DNA from: Candidatus Omnitrophota bacterium
GTDB taxonomy: Bacteria > Omnitrophota > 4484-213
Reading direction: 5' to 3'
Assembly (NCBI GenBank): GCA_003645805.1
Contig: QNCL01000001.1
Span: forward strand, 1,582 to 65,581
DNA: 64,000 nucleotides
Part shown: one piece after another, positions 31,923 to 41,629 of the stretch
How positions within the stretch are numbered: the stretch's first letter is position 1
Layout: every line of letters begins with the position of its first letter
Translations under genes and position numbers: made by a program
Notes under the pieces: model-generated
Told to the model about the DNA's origin: nothing
Seen by the model: the letters and a program-made list of their open reading frames with translations, nothing else
The model's database searches: none

Positions 31923-32375
31923 ATGCGTCCGGACTGGGATGAGTACTTTTTGAGTTTGGTAAAGATGGTGGCTACCCGCTCTACCTGTCGCCGGCGGCAA
32001 GTAGGAGCGCTTTTGGTTAAAGATAAACGGATAATTGCCAGCGGATATAACGGAGCACCTTCAGGAATGGCTCATTGTCTGGACATAGGTTGTTTGCGGG
32101 ATCAATTAGCCATCCCTTCAGGAGAACGGCAGGAACTCTGTCGCGGTCTCCATGCAGAGATGAATGTGGTTATCCAAGCGGCTATTTATGGAATAAGCAC
32201 AAAGGGTTCTACCCTTTACTGCACAAACTATCCCTGTATCCTGTGCGCTAAGATACTTATCCAGGCAGGAATAAAAAGGATAGTTTATATTGCCGATTAC
32301 CCTGATCAGGAGGCAAAAACCTTGCTGGAGAAAGCGGGAATTAAGGTAGAGCAAGCCTTTAAGGAGAGAAACTGA
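31923..32375 (+). CDS. dCMP deaminase (cytidine/deoxycytidylate deaminase family)
   Basis: Zinc-binding HAE...PCxxC motifs ([12 protein letters not shown]; PCILCAKIL); 150 aa. Confidence 0.8.
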   Translation: MRPDWDEYFLSLVKMVATRSTCRRRQVGALLVKDKRIIASGYNGAPSGMAHCLDIGCLRDQLAIPSGERQELCRGLHAEMNVVIQAAIYGISTKGSTLYCTNYPCILCAKILIQAGIKRIVYIADYPDQEAKTLLEKAGIKVEQAFKERN

Positions 32376-32378
32376 GGG

Positions 32379-33383
32379 ATGAAAAAGGTTGTTTTAAGTG
32401 GAGTTGCTCCTACAGGGACACTAACCATAGGTAATTATCTGGGAGCATTGAAAAACTGGAAAGAGATGCAAAAAGACTATGATTGTCTGTTTATGATAGT
32501 GGATATGCACGCTATCACAGTGCGTCAAGATCCCTCCAGTTTATATAATCGTTGCATTTCTTTTGCTACCCAATACCTTGCTTGTGGAATAGACCCTCAA
32601 GAGAGCACAATATTTATCCAATCCTCTGTGAGTGCTCATTCAGAGTTAGCCTGGATCTTAAGTTGTTTCACCCACCTCGGGGAGCTAAACAGAATGACCC
32701 AATTCAAAAGCAAAGCAAAAAGATACTCAAGCAATATCAATGCGGGTCTTTATACCTATCCTGTGCTGATGGCTGCAGATATCCTGCTTTATCAAACAGA
32801 TATTGTGCCTATTGGAGAGGATCAGAAACAGCATCTGGAGTTAACCAGAGATATTGCCCAGAGGTTTAATAATCTCTATGGAGAGGTCTTTAAACTCCCT
32901 GAGCCTTATATCTCCCAGATGGGAGCGAGGATAATGAGTTTGCTTGATCCTACACGCAAGATGGATAAATCTGATTCTAATCCCAATAACTACATTGCTT
33001 TATTAGATGAGCCCGATGTGGTTCGAAAGAAGATTAGACACGCCGTTACCGATTCCGGTTCAGAAATAAGAGTGGATGAGAGAAAACCGGGAATAAGTAA
33101 TCTTCTCACCATCTACTCTTGTTTATCTGAGCAGCCTGTGAGCAAACTGGAGGAGAGGTTTGCAGAAAAGGGTTATGCGTCTTTTAAAGAAGAATTGGCT
33201 GAACTAATCATTCAAACTCTTAAACCCATTCAGAAAGAATACAGGAGACTAATGGATAATAGAGACTATGTAATCGACCTTCTGCAAGAAGGAGCAAAAA
33301 AAGCAAGGACAAGAGCGGAGAGGACGCTGAGGGAGGTAAAGAAAAGAATAGGTTTTCTTTATCTAACTCAGGATCAACAATGA
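32379..33383 (+). CDS. trpS: tryptophanyl-tRNA synthetase
   Basis: VLSGVAPTGTLTIGNYLGA N-terminus, KMDKSD (KMSKS-like); 334 aa. Confidence 0.9.
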   Translation: MKKVVLSGVAPTGTLTIGNYLGALKNWKEMQKDYDCLFMIVDMHAITVRQDPSSLYNRCISFATQYLACGIDPQESTIFIQSSVSAHSELAWILSCFTHLGELNRMTQFKSKAKRYSSNINAGLYTYPVLMAADILLYQTDIVPIGEDQKQHLELTRDIAQRFNNLYGEVFKLPEPYISQMGARIMSLLDPTRKMDKSDSNPNNYIALLDEPDVVRKKIRHAVTDSGSEIRVDERKPGISNLLTIYSCLSEQPVSKLEERFAEKGYASFKEELAELIIQTLKPIQKEYRRLMDNRDYVIDLLQEGAKKARTRAERTLREVKKRIGFLYLTQDQQ

Positions 33384-34150
33384 CCCAGAGCCTCTGGAGA
33401 ATAGAGGTAGAGAAGTTTCAGGGAGATCCATATAGATTTTTGGAAGAGGCAAAAGAAGAGAGGATAGATCTTTGCAATTTCTCTCTCACTCAGATAATTA
33501 ATCAATATATCCATTGGCTCTCTAACTTTGAGGGAAGTATAGATATTGCCGCTGATTTCCTCCTTCTTTCTTGTTCGCTTATCTTCTTAAAATCTTCCCT
33601 TCTTCTTCCTTCATCCAAATTGGAAAAGGAGGAGGGTGAGGAGAAGGAGCGGAAAGGGGCGCTTGAAGGGAATACAGAACTCTATCAGGAGTTCAAACAA
33701 CTTGCTCAAGAATTAAAAACAAAAGAGAGGGAAAGAACTCTTCTCTTTACTCGTCCCAGATTTAAAGAGAATGGTGTTTATCCTGCAGAAGAAAGAAAAG
33801 AAAAAAAGGGAAATATAGAGACGCTAATTCATCTCTTTACTCAACTTTCCTCTTCTCTTTTCTCATCTCCAGTCAAGATTGTCAGGGAGAGATGGAGTGT
33901 AAAAGAGAAGATAAAGCAGATTTTAGAATGGCTGGGAAGAGAATCCTGTATCTGTCTTAAGAAACTTTTTTCTTCTGCGGAGCATAAATTAGAGATAATT
34001 GCTTTCTTTCTGGCTACTTTAGAACTTATAAGGGCAAATAAGATAAGTGTAAGACAAGAGGAATTATTCGGAGAGGTCTATCTTATCAGAAAACAACCTG
34101 AGGAGCTGATGGAATGGGATGGAGAAGGAGGAGATAAAGAGGATAATTGA
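33380..34150 (+). CDS. scpA: segregation and condensation protein A
   Basis: ScpA-like N-terminus (IDLCNFSLTQIINQYIHWL...IDIAADFLLLSCSLIFLKSSLLLP); immediately upstream of scpB. Confidence 0.65.
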   Translation: MTQSLWRIEVEKFQGDPYRFLEEAKEERIDLCNFSLTQIINQYIHWLSNFEGSIDIAADFLLLSCSLIFLKSSLLLPSSKLEKEEGEEKERKGALEGNTELYQEFKQLAQELKTKERERTLLFTRPRFKENGVYPAEERKEKKGNIETLIHLFTQLSSSLFSSPVKIVRERWSVKEKIKQILEWLGRESCICLKKLFSSAEHKLEIIAFFLATLELIRANKISVRQEELFGEVYLIRKQPEELMEWDGEGGDKEDN

Positions 34151-34661
34151 GGCAGTTCTGTTTGCCAGCGACAGGCCTCTATCCTCTGAGGAGTTGAGCA
34201 AGGCGTTGAATATAGAAAATAAATTTACAAAGGAGTTAATTAAGGAGTTAAAAGAAGAATACAGAAAGGAAAACAGGAGTTTTCAGATTATAGAGATTGC
34301 CCAGGGCTTTCAAGTTTGCACTTTACCCATCTATGCGTCCTGGATAAAAAAGGTTTTAAGAAGAGAGAAAGAAGAAAAACTTTCGCTTCCTGCTCTGGAA
34401 ACCCTATCTATAATTGCCTATCGTCAGCCAGTAACCCGTGCGGAGATTGAAGCAATAAGAGGAGTGGATGTAGGGGGAATACTGAAGTATCTTCTGGAGA
34501 GAGGGCTGATTAAGACTGCAGGAAGAAAAGATAGTTTAGGAAAACCAATACTTTATCGTACCACTTCTTATTTCCTTCAATACTTTGGTCTAAGTTCCCT
34601 AACAGACTTACCTCAACCTTCGGGAAAGATAAGAAAAAAGGAGAAAGATGAAGCAAACTGA
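34119..34661 (+). CDS. scpB: segregation and condensation protein B
   Basis: Tandem winged-helix motifs IIEAVLFASDRPLS... and PALETLSIIAYRQPVTRAEIEAIRGVD. Confidence 0.8.
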   Translation: MEKEEIKRIIEAVLFASDRPLSSEELSKALNIENKFTKELIKELKEEYRKENRSFQIIEIAQGFQVCTLPIYASWIKKVLRREKEEKLSLPALETLSIIAYRQPVTRAEIEAIRGVDVGGILKYLLERGLIKTAGRKDSLGKPILYRTTSYFLQYFGLSSLTDLPQPSGKIRKKEKDEAN

Positions 34662-35727
34662 GAAGGTTCGGTCTTTACGGGAGAAAATTGACAAAATAGA
34701 TGCAGAGATTGTAAAACTCCTTAACCAACGCACTCGAATGGCTCTTAAGATAGGAGAGATAAAGAATAAAGAGGGCACATCGGTATACTCTCCCGAAAGG
34801 GAGGAGGAGATCTATCAAAGGATAGTAAGGCTAAACAAAGGACCTCTTCGCTCCCAGAGTATAAAGGCTATCTATCGCGAGATTATGTCCAGCACCCTCT
34901 CTCTTCAGAAAGAGGTGAGCATTGCTTATTTAGGTCCTCCGGCAACCTTCACTCACCTTGCTGCTTTGAAGAAGTTTGGCAGTTCAGTGAACTATCTCCC
35001 CTGTGCAAATATTGAGGGTGTATTCAAGGTGGTGGAGAAGGGAGAAGCAACCTATGGAGTAGTGCCCATTGAGAACTCTATAGAGGGAGCAGTAAGTCAT
35101 ACTTTGGATATGTTTATCGATTTCGATCTAAAGATATGCTCGGAGATTTTTCTGGAGATCTCCCATAGCCTCCTTTCTAACTTTCCTCTGGAGAAGATTA
35201 AAAAGATCTATTCCAATCCGCAAGTATTTGCTCAATGCCGTTCCTGGTTGAATAGAAACCTACCTGCCGCCGAAATGATAGAGGTATCCAGCACTGCCAA
35301 AGCTGCGCAAGTTGCTTCTTCCGAGAGATATGCAGGAGCGATTGCTAATGTTCTCTCTGCTCAGATCTATCACCTGAAGGTAATAAAAGAAGATATCCAG
35401 GATAACCTTCACAATATAACCCGTTTCCTGGTAATCGGGAAGAATAATGTCCCCGAGACAGGAAATGATAAAACCTCTCTCCTCTTCTCTATAAAAGACA
35501 GAGTAGGAGCGCTTTATGAGATGCTCTTGCCCTTCAAGAAGGAAGGCATCAATCTTACCAAGATAGAATCTCGCCCTTCTAAAACAAGGGCTTGGGATTA
35601 CTATTTCTTTCTGGATTTAGAAGGGCATTGTGAACAGAAAAAAGTAAAGAAAGTGCTTAAGGAACTGGAGAACAGGTGCATCTTCTTAAAGGTCTTGGGT
35701 GCTTATCCAAAAGGAGAAGAAAACTGA
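34648..35727 (+). CDS. pheA: bifunctional chorismate mutase / prephenate dehydratase
   Basis: N-terminal CM domain (LREKIDKIDAEIVKLLNQRTRMALKIGEIK), PDT domain (IAYLGPPATFTH), C-terminal ACT domain. Confidence 0.85.
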   Translation: MKQTEKVRSLREKIDKIDAEIVKLLNQRTRMALKIGEIKNKEGTSVYSPEREEEIYQRIVRLNKGPLRSQSIKAIYREIMSSTLSLQKEVSIAYLGPPATFTHLAALKKFGSSVNYLPCANIEGVFKVVEKGEATYGVVPIENSIEGAVSHTLDMFIDFDLKICSEIFLEISHSLLSNFPLEKIKKIYSNPQVFAQCRSWLNRNLPAAEMIEVSSTAKAAQVASSERYAGAIANVLSAQIYHLKVIKEDIQDNLHNITRFLVIGKNNVPETGNDKTSLLFSIKDRVGALYEMLLPFKKEGINLTKIESRPSKTRAWDYYFFLDLEGHCEQKKVKKVLKELENRCIFLKVLGAYPKGEEN

Positions 35728-35737
35728 GGAGGAGAAT

Positions 35738-36241
35738 ATGCAAAGGCGTGAGTTGGAGCAGGTAATGAGGCATACAATCTCAGTGCTGGTAGAGAATAAA
35801 CCAGGGGTGCTTGCGCGTATCGCCGGTCTCTTCTCCGCTCGGGGGTTTAATATTGACAGCCTTACCGTAGGAAGAACAGAGGATCCTACCATCTCCGAGA
35901 TGACTGTGGTAGCAGAAGGAGATGACCGCGTCCTTGAGCAGATCAGCAAACAGTTATATAAACTTATTGATGTGATAAAAGTAGAGGACTTGACCAAGAC
36001 AGGGGTAGAGTTTGTGGAACGAGAGTTGGTTCTGGTAAAAGTAGAACTTCGCGAGGGAAAAGAGGAGTTTTTGCATCTGGTTAAAGAGATGGAGGCGAAG
36101 ATACTCTATGAAAAAGGGGAGAATATGTTGATAGAGATAGTAGGAGAGGAGAAGCATATAGAGGAATGCCTGAAGAAGATGGAAAGATTCGATATCCAGC
36201 GAATATTTCGCACCGGAAAGATTGCTATGAAGACAGGATAA
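35738..36241 (+). CDS. ilvH: acetolactate synthase small (regulatory) subunit
   Basis: HTISVLVENKPGVLARIAGLFSARGFNIDSLTVG ACT-domain motif. ATG at 35738 with RBS GAGGAGGA. Confidence 0.8.
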   Translation: MQRRELEQVMRHTISVLVENKPGVLARIAGLFSARGFNIDSLTVGRTEDPTISEMTVVAEGDDRVLEQISKQLYKLIDVIKVEDLTKTGVEFVERELVLVKVELREGKEEFLHLVKEMEAKILYEKGENMLIEIVGEEKHIEECLKKMERFDIQRIFRTGKIAMKTG

Positions 36242-36262
36242 ACTTTTTTGATGGGGTGAGAA

Positions 36263-38278
36263 ATGGAAAAACGAAATATTGTTTTACTCTCTCATTCTGG
36301 AGCAGGAAAGACCTCACTGGCAGAAGCAATGCTTTTTGATAGCAAAGAGATCTCGCGGTTGGGAAAGGTAGAAACAGGAGATACAGTAAGCGACTATACT
36401 CCGGAGGAGATAGAAAGAAGGATGTCCCTGAACCTCTCTTTGCTTCACTGCCATTGGAAGAATAAGAAAATAAACATTTTAGATACTCCCGGATATGCAG
36501 ACTTTATTGGAGAGATAATCTCGGGGTTGGTAGCGGCAGATGCAGGAGTCTTGATTGTTGACGCCAGTGCAGGAATTGAGGTGGGAACAGAGCGGGCATA
36601 CCAACTTCTTAACGACTACCGCCTTCCCTTCTTTATCTTTGTAAATAAACTGGATAAAGAAGGAGCAGATTTCTTAAAGACTGTAAAGGTCATCCAAGAT
36701 CGATTTGGGAAGGGATGCTTTCCTGTGCACTATCCGATAAATAGAGGAGGGGAGATAAGGCGGGTAATCTCGGTGCTTCAGGAAGAAGAAGAGAATTTAG
36801 AGGAGACAGAAAGAGAAAAAGTAGAGGAATTTAGAAAAAAAGCCATAGAGATGATTGCCGAGGTAGATGACTATCTTCTGGAGAGGTATCTGGAGGAAGA
36901 GACTTTTTCCCATAATCAGATAATGCAAGGATTGCAAAAAGGTTTCGCGGAAAGGAAACTAACCCCTATCCTGTGTGGTTCTGCTTTAAGAAATATAGGT
37001 ATAGATTCTCTTCTGGAGATGCTCTCGGAAGTCTCTCCTTCTCCTCCCTCTTCTTACAAGGGAGTTAATCCTGAGAGCAAGCAAGAAGAGGAAAGAAAAG
37101 CAGATAGCCACAGCCCCTTCAGCGCCCTGGTATTCAAAACTATCTCCGACCCCTATGTGGGGCAACTAAGTTTGTTCAAGGTTTTCTCAGGAGAACTTGC
37201 CTCCAATACAGAGTTTTACAACTCCAGCAAAGGCACAAAGGAGCGGATTAGTCAGATCCTTTTCCTGCAAGGGAAAGAGCAAAAGCCCACTTCTAAAGTA
37301 GAAGCAGGAGATATAGCGGCAGTAGCGAAGTTGAAGAACACAGAGACAGGAGATAGTATATGTGAAGAGAAAAATCCTATTCTCTTCTCCCGCATCGATT
37401 TTCCTCAACCCCTTCTTTCTCTTGCTCTAAAGCCTAAGTCTAACAAAGATGAAGCGAAGATTTCCGAAGCACTGGTAAAACTTCATAAGGAAACTCCTAC
37501 CTTTCACATTTCTCGGGATGAGCAGACAAAGGAACTTCTTATCTCAGGAATGGGGAACTTGTGTTTGGAAATTGCCATTGCTCGTCTGAAGAGAGAGTTT
37601 AAGTTGGAAGTAGAGGTAGGTGAGCCAAAGATTGCTTATAAGGAAACGATTACTCGGAGCGCAGAGGTGCAAGGTAAATATAAACGCCAAACAGGAGGGC
37701 ATGGGCAATATGGAGATGTTTGGTTGAGATTGGAACCTTTGGAGAGAGGAAAGGGTTTTGAGTTTGTAAACAAGATTGTGGGGGGAGTGGTTCCCCGGCA
37801 GTATATTCCCGCAGTAGAGAAGGGAATAAAGCAGGCAATGAGTGAGGGAGTGCTTGCCGGTTATCCTCTGGTAGACATAAAAGCGACCCTCTATGATGGC
37901 TCCTATCACTCTGTAGATTCCTCTGATCTGGCTTTTCAGATTGCCGCCGCTATGGCTTTAAGAAAGGGTGCTCTGGAAGCAAAACCTGTGTTGTTAGAAC
38001 CTATTGTAGAGGTGGAGGTAGATGCTCCGGAAGAGTATATGGGAGATATTAACAGCGGGCTGAGTTCCAAACGAGGAAGAATCGTAGGAATGGAAGGAAG
38101 AAAGATAAAGGCTCTTGTGCCTTTAAGTGAGATGACCCATTATACCACCGACTTGAAATCGATCACTGGAGGAAGAGGTTCTTTTTCAATGAAGTTTTCC
38201 CATTATGAGATTGTCCCTCAAAAGATAGCGGAGAAGATAATTGCGCAGAAGAGGGTTGATAATGAGAAAGAGAAATAG
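36263..38278 (+). CDS. elongation factor G paralog (translational GTPase, EF-G family) with non-canonical switch II
   Basis: G1 SHSGAGKT, G3 DTPGYADF (canonical DTPGHVDF), G4 NKLD. EF-G domain II-V architecture; 671 aa. Confidence 0.75.
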   Translation: MEKRNIVLLSHSGAGKTSLAEAMLFDSKEISRLGKVETGDTVSDYTPEEIERRMSLNLSLLHCHWKNKKINILDTPGYADFIGEIISGLVAADAGVLIVDASAGIEVGTERAYQLLNDYRLPFFIFVNKLDKEGADFLKTVKVIQDRFGKGCFPVHYPINRGGEIRRVISVLQEEEENLEETEREKVEEFRKKAIEMIAEVDDYLLERYLEEETFSHNQIMQGLQKGFAERKLTPILCGSALRNIGIDSLLEMLSEVSPSPPSSYKGVNPESKQEEERKADSHSPFSALVFKTISDPYVGQLSLFKVFSGELASNTEFYNSSKGTKERISQILFLQGKEQKPTSKVEAGDIAAVAKLKNTETGDSICEEKNPILFSRIDFPQPLLSLALKPKSNKDEAKISEALVKLHKETPTFHISRDEQTKELLISGMGNLCLEIAIARLKREFKLEVEVGEPKIAYKETITRSAEVQGKYKRQTGGHGQYGDVWLRLEPLERGKGFEFVNKIVGGVVPRQYIPAVEKGIKQAMSEGVLAGYPLVDIKATLYDGSYHSVDSSDLAFQIAAAMALRKGALEAKPVLLEPIVEVEVDAPEEYMGDINSGLSSKRGRIVGMEGRKIKALVPLSEMTHYTTDLKSITGGRGSFSMKFSHYEIVPQKIAEKIIAQKRVDNEKEK

Positions 38279-38429
38279 GTCGCAAATAATCTTGGAGGCG
38301 GCCATTATCTTCTGTGTAATAATCGTGTTTTTTATGCTCATTTTCTATACCGTTGTTCATCCTCTAAATAAGATGATGGTAAGCGAATATCAGGGATATA
38401 TGAGCGAGCGTATTGCAGTAAGTGAGTGA
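38262..38429 (+). CDS. small membrane protein, possible Flp/TadE-like pseudopilin
   Basis: 55-62 aa. Basic N-terminus then QIILEAAIIFCVIIVFFMLIF hydrophobic segment, resembling TadE/Flp N-terminal domains. Immediately upstream of two Tad-like genes. Confidence 0.3.
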   Translation: MRKRNRSQIILEAAIIFCVIIVFFMLIFYTVVHPLNKMMVSEYQGYMSERIAVSE

Positions 38430-39439
38430 AGATGAAGTCTTGGGGACAGATTAGCATCTTTCTCATCTCTCTCTTAGCAGTTTTACTTGCCTTTATGGGA
38501 GGGATGATTAGATTAGGGAATAAATCCCTGGAGTATTTGCGTGCCCAAAATGCTGCAGATGCAGCAGCGCTGGCAGGAGTTGCTTGTTTGGCTCGAGGGC
38601 TGAATAGTATGGCAATGCTTACTGCGGCTAAAGTAGAGAAGGATACAGGGGAAAGTCTTATCTATCCTTTTAACTACACCAGTTATCTCACCACTCCCCC
38701 TACTCCTGTGTATATATCTCTTCAGCCAATATCGGGGTTAGCAAGTGAATATGAACAGAAAAAACTCTTTTTTAACCCTTTACCTGCCTCTCCCGAGGTT
38801 ATCAACGAAGGAGAGAGTAAAGCAAGAATGGCTGAGCAATTAGATGAGAAGAAGGTAAGGGAGATAGTTATCGAGCACTTGAAACTTATCAGGGGAGCAA
38901 TAGATAAAACCCAAAGAGAATATGTAGATATAGATACAGAAGTGAGAGAGGTAAGTAAAAGATGCGCCTTAGAAAATGGCTATGAGATAAAAGAGGTATC
39001 TCCGGGGGGAGGGGATATTGCCCAATGGCAACCTACCTGGGAAGATAAAGATATAGTTATAGAGTATAACTATTGGAGGGAATATAGAAGCAAAACGGTA
39101 AACACCAGCTGCAAAAAACCCCGATGTGCTCAGCTCTGTAGTCCCTGTGGTTTCACTGCCCGCGCTTGCTGTGGAGAAGACTGTGATCCTCGGCGCTATA
39201 CCTGCTATTGTAAAAGGTGCTGGAAAAGGACACAAACCTCATACTCTTACTCTTTACCTTTCTGGACTCAAGGGAGTTTGCACTCTACCGAGGTCAATGT
39301 GAGTATCTCCTTGGCTAATAAAGAAGAAAGAAGAGCAACAGGGGCTCTAACCAATATCTGCTCTGGCGCACATCCTCCTTCTACCTGTGGACAACTCTTT
39401 CCTCCACAACCCCATTTTGAGGTGCATCTAAAGGAGTGA
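38426..39439 (+). CDS. TadG/TadE-like pilus-assembly (pseudopilin) protein with Cys-rich C-terminal region
   Basis: N-terminal TM helix followed by LRAQNAADAAALAGVACLA, matching the Tad (TadE/G-like) N-terminal signature. The C-terminal about 110 aa contain about 15 Cys (CKKPRCAQLCSPCGFTARACCGEDCDPRRYTCYCKRCWK). Confidence 0.55.
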   Translation: MKMKSWGQISIFLISLLAVLLAFMGGMIRLGNKSLEYLRAQNAADAAALAGVACLARGLNSMAMLTAAKVEKDTGESLIYPFNYTSYLTTPPTPVYISLQPISGLASEYEQKKLFFNPLPASPEVINEGESKARMAEQLDEKKVREIVIEHLKLIRGAIDKTQREYVDIDTEVREVSKRCALENGYEIKEVSPGGGDIAQWQPTWEDKDIVIEYNYWREYRSKTVNTSCKKPRCAQLCSPCGFTARACCGEDCDPRRYTCYCKRCWKRTQTSYSYSLPFWTQGSLHSTEVNVSISLANKEERRATGALTNICSGAHPPSTCGQLFPPQPHFEVHLKE

Positions 39440-39457
39440 GAAGATAGAAAGATAGAG

Positions 39458-40057
39458 ATGATCCCTTTTAACTCTAAAAAATTTTCTCTTGAGTATGCTC
39501 AAGCAAGTTTTGAATTTGCCATCTTCTTCCCGCTGTTTGTGTTTATGATTATTCTTATTATCCAATTCGGCAAGATTCTTCTCCTTAAACAAAGGGTAGA
39601 GATGTCCGCATTTCGGGCTGCACTTTATGCGGCAAAACCGGCTAACTTAGGAGCAAGCGAGGAAGAGATAAGAAAGGAGATACTTAGATTCTTCCCCCCG
39701 GATGAACAGAGTTCAGTAGTAATAGAAAACCTTCACCGGGAGATTAAACAGACCGCGCAAGGAGAGACTATAGATTATGCAGAACTCAGCGTGCGTGCAC
39801 AAACAAGACTGTTTTCCGGAATACCCTTCTCTCCTATCTGGGAAAAAGTAGAGCAAAGAAGCAGAAAAAGAGTAGAGATGATAGTCGAGAGGATAAAAGA
39901 AGCGATAGATAATGGAGAGATAAAGGATAGTTTAGCGATAAGAGATACTTTACAGAAGTTAGAATCTTGCTGTGATAGTTATGCTCAGGGAATCTATACC
40001 GCTTGTGCTTTCCACAAGATTATCTACGACCCCCGTGTGCCATTTAGCCGAGAGTAA
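39458..40057 (+). CDS. TadE-like protein
   Basis: N-terminus ASFEFAIFFPLFVFMIILIIQFGKILLLKQRVEMSAFRAALYAA matches the TadE N-terminal domain pattern (VEFAL..P.L). Confidence 0.55.
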   Translation: MIPFNSKKFSLEYAQASFEFAIFFPLFVFMIILIIQFGKILLLKQRVEMSAFRAALYAAKPANLGASEEEIRKEILRFFPPDEQSSVVIENLHREIKQTAQGETIDYAELSVRAQTRLFSGIPFSPIWEKVEQRSRKRVEMIVERIKEAIDNGEIKDSLAIRDTLQKLESCCDSYAQGIYTACAFHKIIYDPRVPFSRE

Positions 40058-40083
40058 GGGATTCCTAATAAAAAAGGAGAGCA

Positions 40084-41055
40084 ATGTTGGATAAAGAGAT
40101 CATCTCGCAGGCTCAGGAAGTTTTGCAAACCGAAGGGGAATCAATCTTAAGATTAATTCCTCGCTTAGGGAAGAACTTTATTCAGGCAATAGAACTCCTC
40201 TATCAGTGCAAGGGTAGAGTAATAATCATTGGTATGGGAAAACCTGGGATAATCGCCAAAAAGATCTCGGCTACCCTGGCTTCTACAGGGACTCCCAGTT
40301 TCTTCCTTCATCCTGCTGAGGCTGCACATGGAGATTTGGGAATGGTAACAGAGAGGGATATAGTGGTCATTTTATCCAACAGTGGAGAAACAGAAGAGAT
40401 AATTAAGATCTTGCCCTCTATAAAGAGAATAGGATCGAAGATAGTTGCTCTTACAGGGAAAGTAAACTCTACTTTAGCCAGAAATAGCGATGTGGTCTTG
40501 GATACCAGTGTAGAAAAGGAGGCATGCAAGTTGGGTTTGGCTCCTACCTCCAGCACCACTGCAATGCTGGCAATGGGAGATGCCCTTGCGGTGGTCCTTT
40601 TTCAGAAAAAGGGTTTCAGAAAAGAAGACTACGCATTTTTCCACCCAGGGGGTATTTTAGGAAAGAGACTACTTTTGCGGGTAAAAGACATAATGCGCAC
40701 CGGAAAAGCAAACCCTCTGGTAAGGGAGAATGAGATAGTAAGAAATGTTCTGCTAAGGATAACTCAAGCCCGTGCAGGAGCAGCAGTAGTAGTAGATGCT
40801 TATGGAAAGTTGGTGGGTATATTTACTGATGGAGACTTGAGACGGCATTTAGAGAAAGATGTACATCTTCTTAAAAGAAAAGTAAGCGAAGTAATGAGCA
40901 GAAAACCTGTAGTAGTAGATAAAGAGAGATTGGTAGTGGAGTGTGTAAAGATATTCGAGGAGAAGAAGATAGATGAGATTCCAGTAGTAGATGAGAATAA
41001 TATAGTAATCGGATTGTTGGATGTTCAGGATGTGTTAAAGTCAGGAGTGGTATAG
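40084..41055 (+). CDS. kdsD: arabinose-5-phosphate isomerase (SIS + tandem CBS)
   Basis: SIS motif GRVIIIGMGKPGIIAKKISATLASTGTPSFFLHPAEAAHGDLGMV plus C-terminal CBS pair. Confidence 0.85.
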   Translation: MLDKEIISQAQEVLQTEGESILRLIPRLGKNFIQAIELLYQCKGRVIIIGMGKPGIIAKKISATLASTGTPSFFLHPAEAAHGDLGMVTERDIVVILSNSGETEEIIKILPSIKRIGSKIVALTGKVNSTLARNSDVVLDTSVEKEACKLGLAPTSSTTAMLAMGDALAVVLFQKKGFRKEDYAFFHPGGILGKRLLLRVKDIMRTGKANPLVRENEIVRNVLLRITQARAGAAVVVDAYGKLVGIFTDGDLRRHLEKDVHLLKRKVSEVMSRKPVVVDKERLVVECVKIFEEKKIDEIPVVDENNIVIGLLDVQDVLKSGVV

Positions 41056-41072
41056 ATAATCCCTCAGTTTAC

Positions 41073-41627
41073 TTGCCGAGAGAGATGGAAGAGAGGTTGG
41101 TAGAAAAATTCAAAAGGGTTAAACTTCTTCTCTTAGATGTAGATGGAGTGCTCACAGAAGGGAGAATAATGTTTTTGGGAAACATAGAGGAAATAAAGTG
41201 CTTTGATGTATATGATGGATTAGGGGTGGTGTTGCTGAAAAGGGCAGGGATTAAAACTATAATCATTACTGCCAAAAAGTCATCAGCGGTAAGAAAAAGG
41301 GCAAAGGAGATGGAGATAGAGGAGGTATATCAAGGAGTGCAGAATAAACTAAAAGTTTATCAAAAGATTCTCAAAAAACACAAGGTTCTTCCTGAGGAGA
41401 TAGGTTTTATAGGAGATGAGATAATAGATCTACCGGTATTGGAAAAGGTAGGTTTAAGCATTGCTGTGCCCAACGCAGTTGAGGAAGTAAAGCAAAAGGT
41501 AGACTATATTACCCATAAAGAAGGAGGAAGAGGGGCGGTGCGCGAGGTTTGTGAAATAATCTTAAAAACTCAAGGAAAATGGGAAGGGGCAATAAAGCGA
41601 TTTCTTAACCTTGAGAATTCTCATTAG
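41073..41627 (+). CDS. kdsC: 3-deoxy-D-manno-octulosonate 8-phosphate phosphatase (HAD, YrbI family)
   Basis: LLLDVDGVLTEG HAD motif I; 184 aa; follows kdsD. Confidence 0.8.
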   Translation: MPREMEERLVEKFKRVKLLLLDVDGVLTEGRIMFLGNIEEIKCFDVYDGLGVVLLKRAGIKTIIITAKKSSAVRKRAKEMEIEEVYQGVQNKLKVYQKILKKHKVLPEEIGFIGDEIIDLPVLEKVGLSIAVPNAVEEVKQKVDYITHKEGGRGAVREVCEIILKTQGKWEGAIKRFLNLENSH

Positions 41628-41629
41628 AG

